Source: Auanema rhodensis (lineage: Eukaryota > Animalia > Nematoda). Taken from it: DNA of 64,000 nt. Below are positions 41,401 through 52,600 of this stretch, in pieces; positions within the stretch are counted from its first letter, which is position 1; the number at the start of each line of letters is the position of its first letter. Below the pieces are notes generated by a model. That model saw nothing but the letters and a program-made list of their open reading frames with translations. It made no database searches and had not been told where the DNA came from. Made by a program: the position numbers and the translations under genes. The DNA lies in assembly GCA_964057225.1 (NCBI GenBank), contig OZ059898.1, positions 18,414,001 through 18,478,000 on the forward strand. Direction: 5' to 3'.

Positions 41401-43683
41401 GTTTCCATGTACACTCAACATTGCTTCCAAAAACATTTTGACAAAAATTTTTTCGAAAAATTTCAAAATAATTTCGCAAAAAGTAAATGTTTTTAGATTC
41501 TTTTTTTTAAGGCAAAAACGATGGACAATGTTATTCAACGAAAAAATTAATTCTTCAGGGTGAAAATCGAGGATATAGGTGTGAGCTTATATCAGTTGAT
41601 ATCTCGGTGCATTTTTAAGCTAGCGCAAATCTGATAACACAGATCGACGCAGCTTAAAAATCCGCATCGAATGCACTATACTACATTGAGAAACGCTTGA
41701 TACAAAAATTAGTTATGATCGTTTGAAAAATGATGCATTAGTGTATTTTGAGTTTCCATGTACTTTCAGCATTGCTTCCAAAAACATTTTGACAAAAATT
41801 TTTTCGAAAAATTTCAAAATAATTTTGCAAAAAGTAGATGTTTTTAGATTTTTTTTTTCAAGGCAAAGACGATGAACAATGTTATTCAACGAAAAAATTA
41901 ATTCTTCAGGGTGAAAATCGAGGATATAAGTGTGAACTTATATCAGTTGATATCTCGGTGCATTTTTAAGCTAGCGCAAATCTGATAACACAGATCGACG
42001 CAGCTTAAAAATCCGCATCAAATGCACTATACTACATTGAGAAACGCTTAATACAAAAATTAGTTATGATCGTTTGGAAAATGATGCATTAGTGTTTTTT
42101 GAGTTTCCATGTACACTCAACATTGCTTCCAAAAACATTTTGACAAAAATTTTTTCGAAAAATTTCAAAATAATTTCGCAAAAAGTAGATGTTTTTAGAT
42201 TTTTTTTTTCAAGGCAAAGACGATGGACAATGTTATTCAACGAAAAAATTAATTCTTCAGGGTGAAAATCGAGGATATAAGTGTGAACTTATATCAGTTG
42301 ATATCTCGGTGCATTTTTAAGCTAGCGCAAATCTGATAACACAGATCGACGCAGCTTAAAAATCCGCATCAAATGCACTATACTACATTGAGAAACGCTT
42401 AATACAAAAATTAGTTATGATCGTTTGGAAAATGATGCATTAGTGTTTTTTGAGTTTCCATGTACACTCAACATTGCTTCCAAAAACATTTTGACAAAAA
42501 TTTTTTCGAAAAATTTCAAAATAATTTCGCAAAAAGTAGATGTTTTTAAATTTCTTTTTTCAAGGCAAAGACGATGAACAATGTTATTCAACGAAAAAAT
42601 TAATTTTTCAGGGTGAAAATCGAGGATATAAGTGTGAACTTATATCAGTTGATATCTCGGTGCATTTTTAAGCTAGCGCAAATCTGATAACACAGATCGA
42701 CGCAGCTTAAAAATCCGCATCAAATGCACTATACTACATTGAGAAACGCTTAATACAAAAATTAGTTATGATCGTTTGGAAAATGATGCATTAGTGTATG
42801 TTGAGTTTCCATGTACACTCAACATTGCTTCCAAAAACATTTTGACAAAAATTTTTTCGAAAAATTTCAAAATAATTTCGCAAAAAGTAAATGTTTTTAG
42901 ATTTCTTTTTTCAAGGCAAAGACGATGGACGATGTTATTCAACAAAAAAATTAATTCTTCAGGGTGAAAATCGAGGATATAAGTGTGAACTTATATCAGT
43001 TGATATCTCGGTGCATTTTTAAGCTAGCGCAAATCTGATAACACAGATCGACGCAGCTTAAAAATCCGCATCGAATGCACTATATTACATTGAGAAACGC
43101 TTAATACAAAAATTAGTTATGAGTTGCGTTTGAAAAATGATGCATTAGTGTATGTTGAGTTTCCATGTACACTCAACATTGCTTCTAAAAACATTTTGAC
43201 AAAAATTTTCCCGAAAAATTTTAGAATAATTGCACAAAAAGTAGATGTTTTTAAATTTTTTTTTTAAGGCAAAGACGATGAACAATGTTATTGAACGAAA
43301 AAATTATTTTTTCAGGGTGAAAATCAAGGATATAAGTGTGAACTTATATCAGTTGATATCTCGGTGCATTTTTAAGCTAGCGCAAATCTGATAAAACAGA
43401 TCGACGCAGCTTAAAAATCCGCATCGAATGCACTATATTACATTGAGAAACGCTTAATACAAAAATTAGTTATGATCGTTTGAAAAATGATGCATTAGTG
43501 TATTTTGAGTTTCCATGTACACTCAACATTGCTTCCAAAAACATTTTGACAAAATATTTTCCGAAAAATGTCAAAATAATTTCGCAAAAAGTAGATGTTT
43601 TTAGATTCCTTTTTTCAAGGCAAAAACGATGGACAATGTTATTCAACAAAAAAATTAATTCTTCAGGGTGAAAATCGAGGATA

Positions 43684-46600
43684 AAATGTACACGTGATGT
43701 GCACTTGGTATGTAACTCGCTTCACGTGGAAGATGAAGAGATGCGGTTTTCAAAATTAGATTTCGCATGTCCATATTAGTCTAAAAACAAATTTTTATTG
43801 ATATTGGTTCATGGTAACCATGACTTTGAAATTTACGTGAACTTTAATTTATGCTAATTAAGTGTACACATGATGTGCACTTGGTATGTAACTCGCTTCA
43901 CGTGGAAGATGAAGAGATGCGGTTTTCAAAATTAGATTTCGCATGTCCATATTAGTCTAAAAACAAATTTTTATTGATATTGGTGCATGGTAACCATGAC
44001 TTTGAAATTTACGTGAACTTTAATTTATGCTAATTAAGTGTACACATGATGTGCACTTGGTATGTAACTCGCTTCACGTGAAAGATAAAGAGATGCGGTT
44101 TACAAAATTAGATTTCGCATGTCCATATTAGTCTAAAAACAAAGTTTTATTGATATTGGTGCATGGTAACCATGACTTTGAAATTTACGTGAACTTTAAT
44201 TTATGCTAATTAAGTGTACACGTGATGTGCACTTGGTATGTAACTCGCTTCACGTGAAAGATGAAGAGATGCGGTTTACAAAATTAGATTCCCCATGTCC
44301 ATATTAGTCTAAAAACAAATTTTTATTGATATTGGTGCATGGCAACCATGACTTTCAAATTTACGTGAACTTTAATTTATGCTAATTAAGTGTACACGTG
44401 ATGTGCACTTGGTATGTAACTCGCTTCACGTGAAAGATAAAGAGATGCGGTTTTCAAAATTAGATTCCGCATGTCCATATTAGTCTAAAAACAAATTTTT
44501 ATTAATATTGGTGCATGGTAACTATGACTTTGAAATTTACGTGAACTTTAATTTATGCTAATTAAGTGTACACATGATGTGCACTTGGTATGTAACTCGC
44601 TTCACGTGAAAGATAAAGAGATGCGGTTTTCAAAATTAGATTCCTCATGTCCATATTAGTCTAAAAACGAATTTTTATTGATATTGATGCATGGTAACCA
44701 TGAGTTTGAAATTTACGTGAACTTTAATTTATGCTTATTAAGTGTACACGTGATGTGCACTTGGTATGTAACTCGCTTCACGTGAAAGATAAAGGGATGC
44801 GGTTTTCAAAATTAGATTCCCCATGTCCATATTAGTCTAAAAACAAATTATTATTGATATTGGTGCATGGTAACCATGACTTTGAAATTTACGTGAACTT
44901 TAATTTATGCTAATTAAGTGTACACGTGATGTGCACTTGGTATGTAACTCGCTTCACGTGAAAGATAAAGAGATGCGGTTTTCAAAAATAGATTCCCCAT
45001 GTCCATATTAGTCTAAAAACAAATTTTTATTGATATTGGTGCATGGTAACCATGACTTTGAAATTTACGTGAACTTTAATTTATGCTAATTAAGTGTACA
45101 CGTGATGTGCACTTGGTATGTAACTCGCTTCACGTCAAAGATAAAGAGATGCGGTTTTCGAAATTAGATTTCGCATGTCCATATTAGTCTAAAAACAAAT
45201 TTTTATTGATATTGGTGCATGGTAACCATGACTTTGAAATTTACGTGAACTTTAATTTATGCTAATTAAGTGTACACGTGATGTGCACTTGGTATGTAAC
45301 TCGCTTAACGTGAAAGATAAAGAGATGCGGTTTTCAAAATTAGATTCCGCATGTCCATATTAGTCTAAAAACAAATTTTTATTAATATTGGTGCATGGTA
45401 ACTATGACTTTGAAATTTACGTGAACTTTAATTTATGCTAATTAAGTGTACACATGATGTGCACTTGGTATGTAACTCGCTTCACGTGAAAGATAAAGAG
45501 ATGCGGTTTTCAAAATTAGTTTCCGCATGTCCATATTAGTCTAAAAACAAATTTTTATTGATATTGGTGCATGGTAACCATGACTTTGAAATTTACGTGA
45601 ACTTTAATTTATGCTAATTAAGTGTACACGTGATGTGCACTTGGTATATAACTCGCTTCACGTGAAAGATAAAGAGATGCGGTTTTCAAAAATAGATTCC
45701 CCATGTCCATATTAGTCTAAAAACAAATTTTTATTGATATTGGTGCATGGTAACTATGACTTTGAAATTTACGTGAACTTTAATTTATGCTAATTAAGTG
45801 TACACATGATGTGCACTTGGTATGTAACTCGCTTCACGTCAAAGATAAAGAGATGCGGTTTTCAAAATTAGATTTCGCATGTCCATATTAGTCTAAAAAC
45901 AAATTTTTATTGATATTGGTGCATGGTAACCATGACTTTGAAATTTACGTGAACTTTAATTTATGCTAATTAAGTGTACACATGATGTGCACTTGGTATG
46001 TAACTCGCTTCACGTGAAAGATAAAGAGATGCGGTTTTCAAAATCAGATTTCGCATGTCCATATTAGTCTAAAAACAAATTTTTATTGATATTGGTGCAT
46101 GGTAACCATGACTTTGAAATTTACGTGAACTTTAATTTATGCTAATTAAGTGTACACGTGATGTGCACTTGGTATGTAACTCGCTTCACGTGAAAGATAA
46201 AGAGATGCGGTTTTCAAAATTAGATTCCGCATGTCCATATTAGTCTAAAAACAAATTTTTATTGATATTGGTGCATGGTAACCATGACTTTGAAATTTAC
46301 GTGAACTTTAATTTATGCTAATTAAGTGTACACGTGATGTGCACTTGGTATGTAACTCGCTTCACGTGAAAGATAAAGAGATGCGGTTTTCAAAATTAGA
46401 TTCCCCATGTCCATTTTAGTCTAAAAACAAATTTTTATTGATATTGGTGCATGGTAACTATGACTTTGAAATTTACGTGAATTTTAATTTATGCTAATTA
46501 AGTGTACACATGATGTGCACTTGGTATGTAACTCGCTTCACGTCAAAGATAAAGAGATGCGGTTTTCGAAATTAGATTTCGCATGTCCATATGAGTCTAA

Positions 46601-49600
46601 AAACAAATTTTTATTGATATTGGTGCATGGTAACCATGACTTTGAAATTTACGTGAACTTTAATTTATGCTAATTAAGTGTACACGTGATGTGCACTTGG
46701 TATGTAACTCGCTTCACGTGAAAGATAAAGAGATGCGGTTTTCAAAATTAGATTCCTCATGTCCATATTAGTCTAAAAACGAATTTTTATTGATATTGAT
46801 GCATGGTAACCATGACTTTGAAATTTACGTGAACTTTAATTTATGCTAATTAAGTGTACACGTGATGTGCACTTGGTATGTAACTCGCTTCAGGTGAAAG
46901 ATAAAGAGATGCGGTTTTCAAAATTAGATTCCCCATGTCCATATTAGTCTAAAAACAAATTTTTATTGATATTGGTGCATGGTAACCATGACTTTGAAAT
47001 TTACGTGAACTTTAATTTATGCTAATTAAGTGTACTCGTGATGTGCACTTGGTATGTAACTCGCTTCACGTGAAAGATAAAGAGATGCGGTTTTCAAAAT
47101 TAGATTCCCCATGTCCATATTAGTCTAAAAACAAATTGTTATTGATATTGGTTCATGGTAACCATGACTTTGAAATTTACGTGAACTTTAATTTATGCTA
47201 ATTAAATGTACACGTCATGTGCACTTGGTATGTAACTCGCTTCACGTGAAAGATAAAGAGATGCGGTTTTCAAAATTAGATTCCTCATGTCCATATTAGT
47301 CTAAAAACAAATTTTTATTGGTATTGGTGCATGGCAACTATGACTTTTAAATTTACGTGTACTTTAATTTATGCTAATTAAGTGTACACGTGATGTGCAC
47401 TTGGTATGTAACTCGCTTCAGGTGAAAGATAAAGAGATGCGGTTTTCAAAATTAGATTCCCCATGTCCATATTAGTCTAAAAACAAATTTTTATTGATAT
47501 TGGTGCATGGTAACCATGACTTTGAAATTTACGTGAACTTTAATTTATGCTAATTAAGTGTACTCGTGATGTGCACTTGGTATGTAACTCGCTTCACGTG
47601 AAAGATAAAGAGATGCGGTTTTCAAAATTAGATTCCTCATGTCCATATTAGTCTAAAAACAAATTTTTATTGGTATTGGTGCATGGCAACTATGACTTTT
47701 AAATTTACGTGTACTTTAATTTATGCTAATTAAGTGTACACATGATGTGCACTTGGTATGTAACTCGCTTCACGTGAAAGATAAAGAGATGCGGTTTACA
47801 AAATTAGATTTCGCATGTCCATATTAGTCTAAAAACAAAGTTTTATTGATATTGGTGCATGGTAACCATGACTTTGAAATTTACGTGAACTTTAATTCAT
47901 GCTAATTAAGTGTACACGTGATGTGCACTTGGTATGTAACTCGCTTCACGTGAAAGATAAAGAGATGCGGTTTTCAAAATTAGATTCCGCATGTCCATAT
48001 TAGTCTAAAAACAAATTTTTGTTGATATTGGTGGATGGTAACCATGACTTTGAAATTTACGTGAACTTTAATTTATGCTAATTAAGTGTACACGTGATGT
48101 GCACTTGGTATGTAACTCGCTTCACGTGAAAAATAAAGAGATGCGGTTTTCAAAATTAGATTCCCCATGTCCATATTAGTCTAAAAACAAATTTTTATTG
48201 ATATTGGTGCATGGTAACCATGACTTTGAAATTTACGTGAACTTTAATTTATGCTAATTAAGTGTACTCGTGATGTGCACTTGGTATGTAACTCGCTTCA
48301 CGTGAAAGATAAAGAGATGCGGTTTTCAAAATTAGATTCCTCATGTCCATATTAGTCTAAAAACAAATTTTTATTGGTATTGGTGCATGGCAACTATGAC
48401 TTTTAAATTTACGTGTACTTTAATTTATGCTAATTAAGTGTACACATGATGTGCACTTGGTATGTAACTCGCTTCACGTGAAAGATAAAGAGATGCGGTT
48501 TACAAAATTAGATTTCGCATGTCCATATTAGTCTAAAAACAAAGTTTTATTGATATTGGTGCATGGTAACCATGACTTTGAAATTTACGTGAACTTTAAT
48601 TTATGCTAATTAAGTGTACACGTGATGTGCACTTGGTATGTAACTCGCTTAACGTGAAAGATAAAGAGATGCGGTTTTCAAAATTAGATTCCGCATGTCC
48701 ATATTAGTCTAAATACAAATTTTTATTAATATTGGTGCATGGTAACTATGACTTTGAAATTTACGTGAACTTTAATTTATGCTAATTAAGTGTACACATG
48801 ATGTGCACTTGGTATGTAACTCGCTTCACGTGAAAGATAAAGAGATGCGGTTTTCAAAATTAGATTCCGCATGTCCATATTAGTCTAAAAACAAATTTTT
48901 ATTGATATTGGTGCATGGTAACCATGACTTTGAAATTTACGTGAACTTTAATTTATGCTAATTGAGTGTACACGTGATGTGCACTTGGTATGTAACTCGC
49001 TTCACATGAAAGATAAAGAGATGCGGTTTTCAAAATTAGATTCCCCATGTCCATATTAGTCTAAAAACAAATTTTTATTGATATTGGTGCATGGTAACCA
49101 TCACTTTGAAGTTTACGTGAACTTTAATTTATGCTAATTAAGTGTACACGTGATGTGCACTTGGTATGTAACTCGCTTAACGTGAAAGATAAAGAGATGC
49201 GGTTTTCAAAATTAGATTCCGCATGTCCATATTAGTCTAAAAACAAATTTTTATTAATATTGGTGCATGGTAACTATGACTTTGAAATTTACGTGAACTT
49301 TAATTTATGCTAATTAAGTGTACACATGATGTGCACTTGGTATGTAACTCGCTTCACGTGAAAGATAAAGAGATGCGGTTTTCAAAATTAGATTCCGCAT
49401 GTCCATATTAGTCTAAAAACAAATTTTTATTGATATTGGTGCATGGTAACCATGACTTTGAAATTTACGTGAACTTTAATTTATGCTAATTAAGTGTACA
49501 CGTGATGTGCACTTGGTATGTAACTCGCTTCACGTGAAAGATAAAGAGATGCGGTTTTCAAAATTAGATTCCCCATGTCCATATTAGTCTAAACACAAAT

Positions 49601-52600
49601 TTTTATTGATATTGGTGCATGGTAACTATGACTTTGAAATTTACGTGAACTTTAATTTATGCTAATTAAGTGTACACATGATGTGCACTTGGTATGTAAC
49701 TCGCTTCACGTCAAAGATAAAGAGATGCGGTTTTCAAAATTAGATTTCGCATGTCCATATTAGTCTAAAAACAAATTTTTATTGATATTGGTGCATGGTA
49801 ACCATGACTTTGAAATTTACGTGAACTTTAATTTATGCTAATTAAGTGTACACATGATGTGCACTTGGTATGTAACTCGCTTCACGTGAAAGATAAAGAG
49901 ATGCGGTTTTCAAAATCAGATTTCGCATGTCCATATTAGTCTAAAAACAAATTTTTATTGATATTGGTGCATGGTAACCATGACTTTGAAATTTACGTGA
50001 ACTTTAATTTATGCTAATTAAGTGTACACGTGATGTGCACTTGGTATGTAACTCGCTTCACGTGAAAGATAAAGAGATGCGGTTTTCAAAATTAGATTCC
50101 GCATGTCCATATTAGTCTAAAAACAAATTTTTATTGATATTGGTGCATGGTAACCATGACTTTGAAATTTACGTGAACTTTAATTTATGCTAATTAAGTG
50201 TACACGTGATGTGCACTTGGTATGTAACTCGCTTCACGTGAAAGATAAAGAGATGCGGTTTTCAAAATTAGATTCCCCATGTCCATTTTAGTCTAAAAAC
50301 AAATTTTTATTGATATTGGTGCATGGTAACTATGACTTTGAAATTTACGTGAATTTTAATTTATGCTAATTAAGTGTACACATGATGTGCACTTGGTATG
50401 TAACTCGCTTCACGTCAAAGATAAAGAGATGCGGTTTTCGAAATTAGATTTCGCATGTCCATATTAGTCTAAAAACAAATTTTTATTGATATTGGTGCAT
50501 GGTAACCATGACTTTGAAATTTACGTGAACTTTAATTTATGCTAATTAAGTGTACACGTGATGTGCACTTGGTATGTAACTCGCTTCACGTGAAAGATAA
50601 AGAGATGCGGTTTTCAAAATTAGATTCCTCATGTCCATATTAGTCTAAAAACGAATTTTTATTGATATTGATGCATGGTAACCATGACTTTGAAATTTAC
50701 GTGAACTTTAATTTATGCTAATTAAGTGTACACGTGATGTGCACTTGGTATGTAACTCGCTTCAGGTGAAAGATAAAGAGATGGGGTTTTCAAAATTAGA
50801 TTCCCCATGTCCATATTAGTCTAAAAACAAATTTTTATTGATATTGGTGCATGGTAACCATGACTTTGAAATTTACGTGAACTTTAATTTATGCTAATTA
50901 AGTGTACTCGTGATGTGCACTTGGTATGTAACTCGCTTCACGTGAAAGATAAAGAGATGCGGTTTTCAAAATTAGATTCCTCATGTCCATATTAGTCTAA
51001 AAACAAATTTTTATTGGTATTGGTGCATGGCAACTATGACTTTTAAATTTACGTGTACTTTAATTTATGCTAATTAAGTGTACACATGATGTGCACTTGG
51101 TATGTAACTCGCTTCACGTGAAAGATAAAGAGATGCGGTTTACAAAATTAGATTTCGCATGTCCATATTAGTCTAAAAACAAAGTTTTATTGATATTGGT
51201 GCATGGTAACCATGACTTTGAAATTTACGTGAACTTTAATTTATGCTAATTAAGTGTACACGTGATGTGCACTTGGTATGTAACTCGCTTCACGTGAAAG
51301 ATAAAGAGATGCGGTTTTCAAAATTAGATTCCGCATGTCCATATTAGTCTAAAAACAAATTTTTGTTGATATTGGTGGATGGTAACCATGACTTTGAAAT
51401 TTACGTGAACTTTAATTTATGCTAATTAAGTGTACACGTGATGTGCACTTGGTATGTAACTCGCTTCACGTGAAAAATAAAGAGATGCGGTTTTCAAAAT
51501 TAGATTCCCCATGTCCATATTAGTCTAAAAACAAATTTTTATTGATATTGGTGCATGGTAACCATGACTTTGAAATTTACGTGAACTTTAATTTATGCTA
51601 ATTAAGTGTACACGTGATGTGCACCTGGTATGTAACTCGCTTCACGTGAAAAATAAAGAGATGCGGTTTTCAAAATTAGATTCCTCATGTCCATATTAGT
51701 CTAAAAACAAAGTTTTATTGATATTGGTGCATGGTAACCATGACTTTGAAATTTACGTGAACTTTAATTTATGCTAATTAAGTGTACACGTGATGTGCAC
51801 TTGGTATGTAACTCGCTTCACGTGAAAGATAAAGAGATGCGGTTTTCAAAATTAGATTCCCCATGTCCATATTAGTCTAAAAACAAATTTTTATTGATAT
51901 TGGTGCATGGTAACTATGACTTTGAAATTTACGTGAACTTTAATTTATGCTAATTAAGTGTACACATGATGTGCACTTGGTATGTAACTCGCTTCACGTG
52001 AAAGATAAAGAGATGCGGTTTTCAAAATTAGATTCCTCATGTCCATATTAGTCTAAAAACGAATTTTTATTGATATTGATGCATGGTAACCATGACTTTG
52101 AAATTTACGTGAACTTTAATTTATGCTAATTAAGTGTACACGTGATGTGCACTTGGTATGTAACTCGCTTCAGGTGAAAGATAAAGAGATGCGGTTTTCA
52201 AAATTAGATTCCCCATGTCCATATTAGTCTAAAAACAAATTTTTATTGATATTGGTGCATGGTAACCATGACTCTGAAATTTACGTGAACTTTAATTTAT
52301 GCTAATTAAGTGTACTCGTGATGTGCACTTGGTATGTAACTCGCTTCACGTGAAAGATAAAGAGATGCGGTTTTCAAAATTAGATTCCTCATGTCCATAT
52401 TAGTCTAAAAACAAATTTTTATTGGTATTGGTGCATGGCAACTATGACTTTTAAATTTACGTGTACTTTAATTTATGCTAATTAAGTGTACACATGATGT
52501 GCACTTGGTATGTAACTCGCTTCACGTGAAAGATAAAGAGATGCGGTTTACAAAATTAGATTTCGCATGTCCATATTAGTCTAAAAACAAAGTTTTATTG

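Larger units (their letters stand above)
17544..43683 (+). repeat. SatA tandem satellite array, 351-bp monomer, about 74.5 copies, forward orientation
   Basis: There is a 351-bp period throughout (18561, 18912, 19263...) with occasional 1-3 bp indels. The array starts at catgtacactc and ends at cgaggata. Confidence 0.98.

Noticed and set aside
968-43671. Dozens of 61-82 aa ORFs (MKNDALVYFEFPCTLN...) resembling a tandem gene family
   Set aside because: They are one reading frame of the SatA monomer. Most start at TTG, many monomers have in-frame stops (tag, tga) or homopolymer frameshifts, and the K/F/I/N-rich composition mirrors A/T tracts. I recognise no domain.
43684-43860. Short words shared by SatC and SatA (gatgcgg-ttttcaa, tctaaaaaca, ttgatat..ggtgcat, gtgaactt) as evidence of common ancestry
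   Set aside because: The matches fall on both strands of SatA and the spacing is not conserved, so they cannot be distinguished from chance without a statistical alignment.
46491-46673. 60-aa ORF in SatC
   Set aside because: It arises from a single substitution (tattag to tatgag) that removes a stop in one of about 115 monomers.
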